Positions 42,298-55,263 of a stretch of DNA of 64,000 nt are shown one piece after another. This stretch comes from Paramecium tetraurelia (lineage: Eukaryota): assembly GCA_000165425.1 (NCBI GenBank), contig CT868207.1, positions 682,001 through 746,000 of the forward strand, given 5' to 3'. The translations under genes and the position numbers were made by a program. Within the stretch, counting starts at the first letter, position 1, and each line of letters starts with the position of its first letter. A model generated the notes under the pieces. The model made no database searches. It was not told the origin of the DNA and saw only the letters and a program-made list of their open reading frames with translations.

Positions 42298-43583
42298 TCA
42301 TTATTAGACCTGTTATTAATTTTCTTGTTGTTCTAAGGCCTACTGTTCCAATTAACGAGCCTACTCTTCTTCGGCCAATCTTTAGTCTTCAATTTCCTTC
42401 AATCTTCTTTCTTCTTCCTGTCTCTTCATTTCCTCTTTTTCTCTCTTCTTCCTGGCGATTTCTTCATAATGATTTTCTATGAATTGTTTTCTTCTAAGAA
42501 TTGAGTTAGCATGTGCATTTGTAAGTGAATCTTCAACATCAAATAACATATCTAAATATTGATATTTAAACTACTATTGAAACTGCTCTTGTTTCCATCC
42601 TCATCGATTAAATCAGTCAATATATTTGAATACATCCAAGGTAGATATTCAGATAATAAGGCAGTTTCTAAAGGATCTCTATACACTCCTAAATCTTAGA
42701 GTTTCTTGAAGGTATTTTACTTTAGAGGACCAATCAGAGATTTTGACAAAGTTCTGCAGATAATTTTCTAATGACTCTGTTTTTAGATTTTGAGAAATGT
42801 TTCATATTATAGTTTTCTCCTTGCTTCTTCTTAATCTAATCTTTATTATACAGCTTCTAATCTTTGCATGTTTGAAAAGACATCTGCCTTTTATTTTTCA
42901 TGTTGCTTTTATTATAATTTCATCAATTTGATTTCTTCCTCCTCCAGAACTTCCATTCTTGATTATTCCAAGATCTTATTCATCAAAACCTATAGAATGG
43001 GTTCTACTTCTTGGTCAAAATCGAATAGATCACCTTCCCATATTTAAGTTTCCTATTGATATATAGATAGTATATTTTTCTACCTTATCAATTCCATTTT
43101 TTTTTGGTACAAATAATCGATCAGGAGGCTTATCAATATAATAGTCTGTTTAAGCATCCATTTCTTGTTCAGGTGGTTTATCAGTTAGGATTTCAAGATA
43201 CTCATCAGTTTGTATGTCAATATTCACACGATTCTAAAATGGTCTGGGTGTTTGAGGATGTAGATAAGTGGTTTATGCTTGAGGAGCCTACTTTGATATT
43301 TTGATTATGTAACCGCTTTTTAGGTAGGCTTTTTGAATGATTTCAAAGTCATTAATTTCTTATCGCCTTGTGTTTATACACTTGCATAAGTATTCCCCCT
43401 TATAACTCTCTTGTCAAACATAATGTTGCATCCAAGTAATGAACTTAATATAAATTTGAATCTAAACCTATCCTTTTGATCGTCTGATTGCTAAATTACT
43501 TATGGTCTGTATTTGGTCTTCGGTTTCACTACTTCAGGAGCAGCCTTGAATTCGTAATTTTCTGCTGCCAACGCCTATGCCAT
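42298..43583 (-). CDS. RSP3: Radial spoke protein 3
   Basis: NIMFDKRVIRGNTYAS, DLFDFDQEVEPILQVLMNKILEQSRMEVLEEEE. Confidence 0.92.
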
Positions 43584-43646
43584 ATTTATTATTAAATATT
43601 AATATATGTATTGCAAAAGGATTTTAAATAAAAAATAACAAAGAAA

Positions 43647-44739
43647 TCATTCTAACTTAGAATTTTTCGCTGCTAATCTTATGGCCTCAATCATTTAGTT
43701 CCAGAATTCTTCCACCACCACTTTCCTACCAAATTCAAGTGTTGGTTCTAATCCAAGAACCCCATGTTTGTCAACGACAGTTCTCCCGTAACATAATTTA
43801 GATTCGCAATCCACAGCTACAAATAACTGTTTGGTGATATAAAGCTCAGGATGAAGAGCATAAAATACAGCAACGGCTATTAAAGAATTCAAGAGGATTA
43901 TTACGATCATGAATAGGAGGGTAATCGAATTCTTGGGCCTTGTAAGCTGCTTAGAATTCCTACAGCATTTCCAAGCACCAATCTGAAAACTTCGAATTGA
44001 TTGCCTTGATTCTCTATTACAATGACTCAACCAATTAGCATGTCTATATAATTAATTTATTGATTACATATGTTAGATCCAAGGCAATCATCACTAATTT
44101 CAATTGATGTTACTTGCAAGTGTCAATCACGAATTATGCTGCCTCTGGATCTGAATAAATATTGTATTCTGAATTTGGCGTTGCATTTCCAAAACCTGAA
44201 GCTCCACCCATAAAAACGATCTCTTAAATTTAAGGGATGATCTCTGGGTGATCTCTCAATAAAATTGCTATATTTGTTTACGGGCCTGTTATGACTATTA
44301 CGAACTATTCTTCTGGTAATACTAATACCTTTTATTCCCCAGCTCTCTTTTTAATTAGATCATACAATGCGATATTTTAAAGCGGTTCAAAACTTTGGAT
44401 TAACTTGTCTGCTGCATATAAACCTATTTGTTTGATTATCAACCATTATTACCTTAATTTCCATGCATTTTTGTAGTAGCCCTTACAGATTTTAATGAAC
44501 ATTCTGCACCTTTGTATACTGGTACATCAGATCTGCCCACAGAACTCAAGATCCTGATTGTATTGATTGTACAGTTTTCAAGACTAATTCATTAAATTAA
44601 CCAAATACCAGGTATTTCCAAAACAGGTTGAGATTCCCATTAAATTTGACTTTGGATGAAACAAGGCCATAATGATTGCCATTGCATCATCATTCCCTAC
44701 ATCACAATCTAACCATATATTAACTTTTTCGACTTCCAT
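43647..44739 (-). CDS. Inosine-uridine preferring nucleoside hydrolase
   Basis: WLDCDVGNDDA, TGP.TNIA, FMGG, EYNIYSDPEAA, GRTVVD. Confidence 0.93.
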
Positions 44740-44771
44740 ATAATATGAATTAATATTAATAATATTTATTG

Positions 44772-47166
44772 TCATTCATTGTCAACATTAAAACTCCTTT
44801 TATATAAATATTCCGCCTAAATTATAATTACAATTCAAATACTAAAAATTCGACAGGATCATCAGGTAGAATATGTGCCACTTCCACTAATCCTTCATTC
44901 AATACTGGCACAACAAAATCCATTAAATAATTTCTAAAAGGAAATTGTTTGACTTGTTGTAATTCTTATTCTTGTTCCTCTATGTACTTCGTATACTTCG
45001 TAACCAAATCTTATCTTTTATCCTTCTTCACTTTTGTAATTTCTTTCCAAATTTGAATCGATTATTTTCTAGTATACTTAATAGTCAAATCTTTGATTCT
45101 CTGTAAATTGAAATACAAAACTATCAATTCCTTTTCATTCTGTAAGTAATTATAAGGTCTTCCGTTCTAATAAGATAGAATTAATAATTACTCTTTCAAT
45201 ATAAATTCTTAAATCTTCAAAAGTATCATGATTTGTTTTCTTTCTTGGATCTATAAAATAAGCATCCAAATTTCTTTCACTAAAGAAATTAATCAACTTC
45301 CTGTTATATTCAAAATTATCAGTTTTGCCTAATGGTTTAATTACTATATAAGATTCAGGGAAAAAATCCTCTGGTTTAGGACCACCTTCTTATTCGTCTT
45401 CCTGTTACTCTTCCTCCTATTATTCTTCTTCTTATGCTTCCTCTTATTATGGTTCATCTTATTATTAGTCTTCTGGCTACTCCTATTCGATTGGATCTCC
45501 ATTCTCATCAACAGCTGGTTCTTGAGGGGGTTTCTGTTCCTCCTCAGTAACAACTGGTTTCTTCTTAGGTTTCTTTTTCATCTTTAATTTCTATTTATTT
45601 GGATAGAAGATGAAATCAGCCTCTTCAAAGTGATTTGGAAAGTTCTGTAAAATAAATCCCCTGTTTTAGCAATCATTTTAGCTTAATCTCCACTTGATTA
45701 CTTTATAATAAATCTTCAATTGTTCTGACAACTATGCAGGTGCTTAGCTATCGATATATTCTTGAATAGTAGGCCAATATTCATTAAAATCTTCTTGTAT
45801 TTCCGATGGGAACACATAATTTGGATCTTAAGCATCTTTAAATATTTATTCTTAATTAATCACTGGAATTCTATAATGATCACTAATCATAGTTAAAATG
45901 TCTTAAAATCTCATATTTTCTGCTTTAGATTCCATAATTATTTTAATTGGTCTTAATTTATGTATTGTTGTGAATTCTTATAATATTTTCTTAGCATTCA
46001 CAGCAATTCCTTTTTCACAATGCCATTCAAAATCAGATGGAGTTTCTTCATTTCCTATGAACATTTAAGATGGTTTGCAATCTAGATGTAACCTAAAGCA
46101 ATCCATTTCTTCAGGAGTGAAATCTTTGAAAAAATCATCATTTTATTCAATCCAACCGCTTCCAACTCCAGTTGCAATACCTTGTATTATAGCTTTTTGA
46201 GTTCTATCTTAAGTATTATCAACAGCGAAGATATAATTTGACTCTGGAATAGATTCAGAAACCTTCACAATCATTTTAACTAGATCAGTTATATGAACTG
46301 TGGGTACTTTATTATTTCCGTCTGGTTAATAACTTAATTTATATGGCTATTATAACCATGCTTTCTTATTATTAGATCAAATAGTATACTTTAAAATATT
46401 TCTAAAAGAGTAACTCTCCTTTGCCATATATTAAGCCTGCACATACAACTATAACTTTTAAGTTTTCTTTCTACAAACTTAAAACCATATCTTCCCATTC
46501 CTTTAATTATGAATATTAAGCAGAAGCACTTCTCAATTTGTAATCATTTTCCTCCCAAGGCACATATTCTATAACCTCTGGAACTTCATTAATTGGCTAT
46601 TACTAAATCTATTATTATTCTTATTCCTAATCTTAATTTTCATCATCTTTGGGTTCTTAATTTTCATCTGCGTCTGGCTCATCCTTCTTTTGCTATTGTT
46701 CTTACTACTCTTATTGTTCTCCCTCTTATTCTTCATCTGGTTTTTTTTCTACTTTCGGCTTAACCTTGTCTGGCATGGCACTCCATGTTAAAACGGAGGA
46801 AACGAGAATTAACACCTTTTCATAGTATAGAATTATACTTTCTATTCTTCTAATGTTGTTTTGCTATTCCTAAAGATATCGCATACAAAATCTAAATCTG
46901 TTTAAGTTGCAGAAGCTACATCATACACATAAACATCGCATTCTTCAAGCATCTTTTTTCTAGACAACTTAGGCTTGTAACTAGCATAACGAATTTTCAT
47001 ACCGTTTCAATATTTTCTTAAACCCTTTTGGGGGCATCTTATTTGGATCATCAATTGTATAAGTTGCCATATGCACGCCTTCATCAGTTTCTTCCTTTAC
47101 TAATTATGAGTAGAACTCCTAGCCTAATGGGCTATCTAAATTATTGATAAAATATCTCTTAGACAT
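44772..47166 (-). CDS. AK7: Adenylate kinase 7-like axonemal protein
   Basis: Rossmann-like N-terminus (LVSSVLTW, VPTVHITDL), CQNRGFILQNFP, C-terminal Dpy-30 motif YLMDFVVPVLNEGLVEVAHILPDDPVEFL. Confidence 0.85.
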
Positions 47167-47251
47167 TTTTGCAATTTTATATTTTAAATTATTTTATATT
47201 TAAATTATTTATACTAGAAAGTAATTAAGATTATATACAAAAATAAAAAAG

Positions 47252-47824
47252 TCATGCCTTTAAATTCTTCTTTAGAATATTTTTCTTTTTGATTTAAGGC
47301 ACTAGATGTTCTTTAGTAATTTTATTGAATTTTTGTTTACAAGAATAGTATTTTTTAGTTCCTAACCCAACTGATTTTTTTTAAATGTTGTCCAACTTCT
47401 CCAAATAATTGATTTCGCTCAATTAGACCATTAGAGCATCATCTTTTGAAAAATCATCGTCATAATTTGAATTTGATCGAGTATCTAAACATTCATAATT
47501 TTCGTCATTTTCTTAACTCTATTAATTTTCTTCATTATTTATTTCGATGGAACAAATATTTTTTTATTTCTTTTGATTTAACTAAAAGAATTCATTTCCT
47601 CTAATTTTGTTCCTCTTTTGTGTTTCTTCATCATCGTCAGAAGGATTCAAAAGTATGCATTTTCCTAAGAACTCTTCAGCCAAATTATATATCTCATCTT
47701 AATCATTTTCAAAGTAATAAAGCCCATAATTATCATCATTTTCAGTTTCGGTCTTTTTTTCTTTGACTTCCTTTTTAGCTTTCTTTTAAAATGTTTTCCT
47801 ATATACTCTTTCTGCAAAACTCAT
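47252..47824 (-). CDS. Hypothetical acidic/basic low-complexity protein
   Basis: ATG-TGA frame MSFAERVYRK...NLKA*. Confidence 0.55.
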
Positions 47825-47972
47825 AATTAATTAAATAATAAAAATTTAATATTTAAATGAGGCTTTATTAAAGTTTGAAATTCTATAAGTTATTTATTAA
47901 TTTATTCTATTGATTCATTAAATTATCCAATTTGAATTTAAATGAAGATGATTTCCTTCATAAATTAGAGAT

Positions 47973-48689
47973 TCATTGATAAGAATATTAATTATAAAGA
48001 TATTCATTAATCAATTTATAAGCATCCCAATTACGCTTGAGTAATGATAATTAATCTTATGAGATAGCTATTTATCTTTTTGATGATGTTTTGGCAAATT
48101 GTTGAATTTATAATATATTATTAATTTAATTCGTTCCCCTTTAGATTTTAGGCTTTACAATAAGTTCTGTTTTTTATACAACAGGATCAGACCCCTTCCT
48201 TTTTCCCCTCTTTTCAGGCAATAACTACTCACTCACATCTGAGGTCGTTGATTGATTCTCTTTTTTCGAATAATAAGTGGATGAAGTTTCAGCAGTTGAC
48301 CATTTTAATAGTTTCTTCTTTCTCTAAGGCAAGATCCCTATTTCTTCACTCATAATTTCGTCATTTTCATTGGAAACATCTTCACTATCATATTATTGTT
48401 CTGATTTTGTAGCCTTAAATTCCTCCTCCTACGCTTAATATTTGTCTCTCTCATATTGAGTTTTAAAAACATAAACTTCAGCCTTTAGATTAAGTTTTTC
48501 ACATATCAAATAATGATTGCCAATCTTACAGTCAAACTTGCATTGCTCTTCAAATTTTAATGGTTTGCTCTTCTATTATATAAATGTAAAAGTCAATCCT
48601 TCCTCTTATTTATTTTTAATAATTAGTTTATCAGTTTTTAAAAGATATAACCTACAAGGAGTCAGCTCCTGATTGGAAATGGTGATCAT
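47973..48689 (-). CDS. Hypothetical 238 aa protein
   Basis: Intronless frame, beta-rich N-terminus; divergent from the multi-macro gene. Confidence 0.6.
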
Positions 48690-48713
48690 AAATTAATTAA
48701 TTATAAATATAAA

Positions 48714-51700
48714 ATGCTTTCATTAATTTAAGGAGACATAATTCAATAAAAAGCAGATGCAATTGCATTACCTTCTGATATAGCATTATTAAAAGCTCCT
48801 GGTTTGAAATAATTACATCAAAATGGTTAATAATAATACAATGACTCGATAACAAACCAAAAACCCTTTAGTTAAATTTAATAGACATCTGTCATTACAT
48901 TACCCCTTTAGAATAATTAATTTAAATATATCATTTATTGTATTGTTCCAAAATCTGACTTGAATAATTAAGAGTTGTAATTATCTCTTTTATTAGAGTT
49001 ACTATTTGAAAATATGTAATAATAATAAGTCTAATAGAAACTAGTTTTGACGAAATTACTTTTTTAAAATTATAATCTATCCTAATACCAGTGCTTGGTT
49101 GTGATAACGCGGATTTTACTATATAAGAATTTTTGATGGCTTTTTAATCAATTTATGCAAAATAAAGAGATAATTTGAAAGATGTTAATTTGATATTTGT
49201 TTCCTAAAGCTAATAAGAATATGAACCTGTGAGAAGATTTTTATCAATTAAAACCCCAAACATAGCAAATCCTAATTTTGATAGTATTTATAAAACAGTC
49301 GCTCAGGGATGTTAAACGTCTCTAACTGAAACATACAATCAATTTCATTAATAGAACATTAAAAAAAATGTTGAAAATCAGAAACCAGAAGTATAAGAAG
49401 GAAGTGAAATTGCTTAATATAGAAGGGATTACAATTCTAAAAAATAGAACTAATAAAACTAGGGTAATTATTAAGCAGAGAATTCTCATAATTAAGAAAC
49501 TTTAAACTAAAAAATAAGGTAACATAATTAAAATCCAAATGAATTTTAATAAGTTGGTACATTCAATTAGTCAAATCAATCAATTATACTAAAATCTTCT
49601 CCTGTTATTTAGTCGAATAAGAGCTTTTTTTCTCTCATTATTTACATAGATGAACTTATTTTAGAATAGAAAGATCTAATTAAATTTATGCTATAGGTAT
49701 GTTGTGATCTCAATCAACTTCATTATAAATTATTATAAGATTAAGAAATCCTAGAATAATCTAATTAAGTTTTTAATTACAAGCTTTCTTATAAATATTC
49801 GATGATCCCTAAGGAATTGTTTCCTTTTTGTCCGCCTGAGATGTTAGAGAATTAATAGATATCTGAAACTAATGATTCATATTCGCTAGGTATTATATTT
49901 AAAAGAGTTCTTGAAATAATAAACTATAAATCAAATTAAGAAGATTGTAAATAAATACATTATAATTATAGAATAAAATATGATTTAAATATAGACATTA
50001 TTAGATAAACTAATTTCTCAAACAACCTAAAGACCATTAATAGATGATATATTTAGTTTTTTATTATCCCTTCAATTAAATGAGTAATTTATTGAGAAAT
50101 GGACTTAAGATTAAAAGAATATTAATTATTTTTATAGAAAACGTGGTATTTGGTAGAAGATAAAAGACTTTAAAAATTAAATTATGATGAAAGCCTCCTT
50201 TTTGAACAATTAAGGTTCTGGCAATCAGCAATATTCTCTTATATAAATTGATAATAAACCATAGGATTAGATTTAATTACTAAATCATCAAGAATCTACT
50301 TTATTCACTAAACTTTAATAAAATGAATTTAACTTAGATTGTGAATATGCATAAAGGGAATAAAATTATAAATTCTGTTAAATTGATTGTGTAGTTATTT
50401 CAGTAGATAAATACTAATTTAAATAAAACTTACCTAGCTTTATAAAATTTGATTCAAAATTAGACTATGTACTTGATAAAATCATAACTTTGGCTTAAAA
50501 TGAGAAAGAACATTATTTATAATCAATAAGACAATATGTACCAATATTTGGTTGCAATCTTGTACTTTTGGTATTTTGTCCAAATCAAGATTAGACAAAT
50601 GGAAGATAGAATTAATTAGTCAATTGCTTAAGGGATATGTAAATTATTTATTCTTTAATTAAGACTTTTGTATAATTTAAAATATTAGAAAATTACAACT
50701 TTTTGTCTATGTCTAGATGATATTTGTAAACAATTAAGTGCAAATCAAAATGATTTATCAATGGATTTATTAGCCAAAGCATTTGATGAAGCTTGTGCTA
50801 AGATTCCTGATCCAGTAATTTGGAATGAAATATAATTTAATAACTAGAAGTGGATTGTTGTTAAAAAAAGTAAATGAAAAAAGTAACATCTAGCTCCTAT
50901 GAAAATTAAGATACTTGAACAATCAATAATTATCCATAATTAAGATATTACTCAAATCAAAGGAGTTGATGCTATCGTAAACGTAGCTGACCCTAATCTT
51001 AAAAATCGAGGGGGGATTTGTGGAGCTGTTTTTAGAGCTGCAGGTGAAAATCTATTAGAAGAGGAAATTAACATGTTGTTTAACAAACTTGGGAGAAAAT
51101 AACCAGAGACTTCAGAAGTCATTGTTACTAAAAGTTACCGCCTGGGATAAGAAAATGGGCCAAAATACATAATTCATGCTGTTGGTCCAAAATATAATCC
51201 ATAAGACCCTTAAAAGTCAAAAGAATAACTAAATACATGCATTGTTAACATGTATATTTTTAGAATTTAATTCTATTATTAGATTACAAAAATGTCAAGA
51301 ATATAAAATAACATCAGTAGCAATACCTCCTATTTCAGAAAAGAATTTTGATTTTCCGAAATAGATTTGTGCTTAAATATTTCATGCAGCGCTTCTGTAA
51401 TTTCAATTTTAAAATCCTATGTCTATACATATAATTGATGTGAGAGACAAAGTAGTTGATATATTTAAGATTATTTTTAAAGGTGAAAAATTAAGAGAAA
51501 CTATTCATTCAAAATTAGATTTTGCTCCTCCAACAGATTGTTTAGTTTGCCCTATAAATATATAAAATTATAATTCTGAAGCTCTTAAAAGGATAATAGA
51601 GTTAGCTGGTCCTTCATTCTAAAATGAATTGGAAGAATAAATAAAAACTAAATAAAATTAGAGCAATCTCAAAAATTGCTAAAGCTTTTTAATACAAGGC

Positions 51701-52065
51701 CATAAAATGAAATTCAATAACATCTATCAAGTTTTGTTGATTTCCAAACCATTAAATATAATTGATAAATAAACACTCTTATATTAAGTATATTTTTCAA
51801 TGTATTTATTATTGCCTAAATTAGATTGGTTGAGACTTTTCTGAAGAACAATATCACTTCAATTACAATATTGTTGTATAGTATTCTTCAATAATGTTTG
51901 ACTAGCTAGGAAGATTTTATAAAATATTGTGGAAAGCAAGCTATCAATATATTATTAAAAGCAATTCAGGATTTTGAAGAAAAATATCAGTAAGAATGTG
52001 GAAAAATTACCATATTATCAAATGCTGCATAATTTTGTTCCGAGTGTGAATTAATTTTTAAATGA
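48714..52065 (+). CDS. Multi-macrodomain protein with embedded pseudokinase (~1065 aa)
   Basis: LIQGDIIQQKADAI (Macro1); FCPPEML, DSYSLGIIF, RP kinase C-lobe; DAIVNVAD...GGICGAVFRAAG...YIIHAVGP (Macro3); six introns give a continuous frame. Confidence 0.8.
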
Positions 52066-52728
52066 ATTAATAATAAATTCAATTTTCTTAATACTTCTTG
52101 AAATAAAATTTCAATTAAATATACTTGATTATAATTAATGAGTGATAGCTCCTCCATTATTTAAATTTGATTCTCGAAATAAATTTGAATAAATAGTGAT
52201 TAAACACATATAATCATAAAATATACCTTTCATATATCTTTAATTTCATCTGGATCATTATTAGCATAGTAGGTGTCCCAAAAACCCAAAAGGCAGTAAT
52301 TTTTACAATTGAATACAAAAAGTTTACTTTAATATAGAGTCGTTTTCTATAACCGATTATTAAATGCGACATCCAAAATAATTTTTAAGGAAGCTAAAAA
52401 TTCTTTTTGAAAACTAACAATTTCAAAATATTGAATGCGATTTAAATAAATAAAAAATTATCCTAGAGTAACAAAAATGAAAATATGAATTTATAGGTTT
52501 AAATAGTTTTCAAATAAAAAAAATATTTTAAAAAAAATAATCACGAAACCAGACTCAAATCCTAATAATTAGTTGTAAGTATATTTAGAAGCAATAACTA
52601 AATAATAAATTACTTAATAAAACTTGAATTTTCAAGAAACTTCTTAATATTAAAAATATCTAACGAACTTTTTTGTTATTAGAGGATATGTTATTACTAT
52701 TTAATAATTAAATTTACAATTCGAGAGA

Positions 52729-53987
52729 ATGTGTATAACTTAATTGTATAATTTAGAATGCTCTTAAACTTAATCTAAAGCTTTATCTCATCCCTTTTCA
52801 ATCATTGAGACCTCAACAATCAGAGTAACTAAAAATGATATAGAAATTTAAGATGTATACTACAAATTTTTATATTATTTAGAACAACATTAATAAGATG
52901 TTGACTCTTAACATTGATGACATCAAATTTATGACATGGATAAAGCAGTATTATACAATTTTATAATATAGTGAAAATATCTATGAGGTTACCTTTCAAA
53001 AAAAACAAAACTTTAAAGAAGATAAATTCATTTTTGATATCTACCATGGGAAATTAGGATACTAAGCCCTTATTACTAGGATTGCATAACCCAATTTTGA
53101 CGATAACTATGAAAGGATTGAAACTATCAAACGAATATAAAATGGAGAGGTATTTAAAAAACAAATATTTCGAGATTATGAAATGTCGTAGACGAGAGAA
53201 TAATGAAATTTTTGTTGCAAAAGTTCAATAGAATAACCATTTTCTCATAGAAAGAGAGCTAAATATTAATTTACTTCTCGCTGTAAATCGACATGAAAAT
53301 GTAGCGAGTATGGTTGAATATTATTTTGAGGATGACAAAATAATACTTATTTATCCATATTTCTCAGGGGGCACCTTAAACTAACTTATTAGTGCTAATG
53401 CTAACAATATAAGCCAGCTCAAAGTAAAGTCAATCATGAAAAAAATTTTATCTGGGTTGAATCACATCCATAGTTTAGGCATCATACATAGAGATATAAA
53501 AATGGATAATATAATGTTAGAAGAAATTGATGATCATAAATGTGTTAAAATCATTGATTTTGGATTTTCAGCATTCAAAGATAATTTGAATTATTTATCT
53601 GAGAAATGTGGCACAATTGGGTACTTTCCTCCTGAGATTATTAATGGGTAGTTTTACAATGAGAAATGCGATATATATAGCTTAGCATAAGTTTTTCATA
53701 CACTTTTAACAGGAAATCCAATGTTTGATAGAAATATGAACAGATAATAAATTATTAGATTATCTAAAAATAATTTATTCAAGATTGATTATAGAAATAT
53801 CAAAGAGGTCAAGGCCTAATAACTATTATTTAAAATGCTTGACTTTTAAGAAAAAAGATATGATGTAAAACAATGTTTAGAGCATTCCTATTTTTCGAAA
53901 GCAGTAAATTTGGATTTAAAGTATTTATTTTTATTCATCTATAGAATTAAAAATGTAGAAACCTTGAAGTTCAAATCTCCTTTCTGA
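52729..53987 (+). CDS. CAMK-like Ser/Thr kinase with beta-rich (PH-like) N-terminus
   Basis: FVAK, HRDIKMDN, DFG, CGTIGYFPPE, DIYSL; no GxGxxG loop. Confidence 0.85.
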
Positions 53988-54420
53988 TATCCTGCTATGA
54001 ATATTATATATTTATTAGTTGTTTAAATTGTAGACTTGATAAAATTTTCTTTATAATATTATAGTAAATAATTAACACAAATTTCACAAATTTAAAATTA
54101 ATCAATTCTTTAAAATATATTAATTAATATAATATATAATTAAGAATCTAGTATGGTAAATAGCAAATAATATGTGGATGCCGTTTTTGTTTTACTGTAT
54201 ATTTTCAATAATTAATTTAGATTTTTCTTAGTATTTGATTATTTCATTCACTTGAGTAAATATAAATTTATATAGGGAAGCATTTTTGGTCAAAGAGTAT
54301 CACTTGGATTTTTGGTATTTATATTAAGGTAATTTATATCTTAAACACAAGGTTCTTTTTGATAATTAACCTATTTAAATACTTGGAATATCATAATATA
54401 TATATTTTTTATTTTAATAT

Positions 54421-55227
54421 TCATAATAATGTATGTTTAATTACAAATAAAAATGCTATAAAAATATTTAACCCAACTAAAACACAAATGCACTTCTAAG
54501 CTCTGTCGCTAGTTTCCTGTTTTGTGTTAGCTTAGACTAATTATTATTTTCCTTTCTAAATTCTTGTGAAAGTTTGATCGATATTAAAATCAATACGATC
54601 CAATAAAGTTCCTTGTTCTATAACCAATCGATTCATTTCTATAAATAATTCATTCATTTTTTTCAATTTCTCTCCTAATGACTTGATTCTATCGTTTCTA
54701 TCAAGAATTAAAGTTTCAATATATTCCTATTCAAAATCAACTTTAAAGTTTTATGCTGGTCTTTCTAATTGCACTTGCCTCATCATTTAATTTTAATAGC
54801 TTCTTAATTATGGTGTAACTTCTTTTAAGGATATACCCAAACACATTTTAGCATTTTATTTGATTTTATATTCGAGATCATTTTCACAATCGTCTGTTTC
54901 CATAATTTGTAAATTCTCTTCAATATCCCTAATCATCTACTATACTCAGATTTTAACCTGTAATGCTTAATCAAGTTTCCCTTGTACTAATTATTCATTG
55001 AATTGTGCTTTTGGCCCAACATCCTTTGAAGTCTTTAACCTTTCAATTTCCTAATTTAAAATTCCAACTTTCTATATAGTATCCCTAGTTTCCTCCATTT
55101 TGTCAACCCATTTAGGTGGAAGTTAGTAGATCCTTCGACTACTATTTAGATCTGGTGATTTGTATTTCTATTTCTTCAATTATAACTCCTTGGTTCTATT
55201 CTTAATATAACCTATTGATCTTTGCAT
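54421..55227 (-). CDS. Syntaxin 16/Tlg2-like Qa-SNARE
   Basis: LPPKWVD, SNARE motif EQGTLLDRIDFNI, C-terminal TM helix. Confidence 0.88.
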
Positions 55228-55263
55228 AATTTCAAATTACCAATATAATAATAATCATTTATT

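Noticed and set aside
41432..47166. Apparent nucleotide-metabolism cluster (pyrophosphatase, nucleoside hydrolase, AK7)
   Set aside because: Interleaved with RSP3; AK7 is axonemal; no evidence beyond chance adjacency
50870..50893. In-frame TGA inside the macro gene (and one in syntaxin) as possible selenocysteine or gene break
   Set aside because: Each lies in a 3n-length GT-AG intron (24 and 21 nt), the known Paramecium pattern
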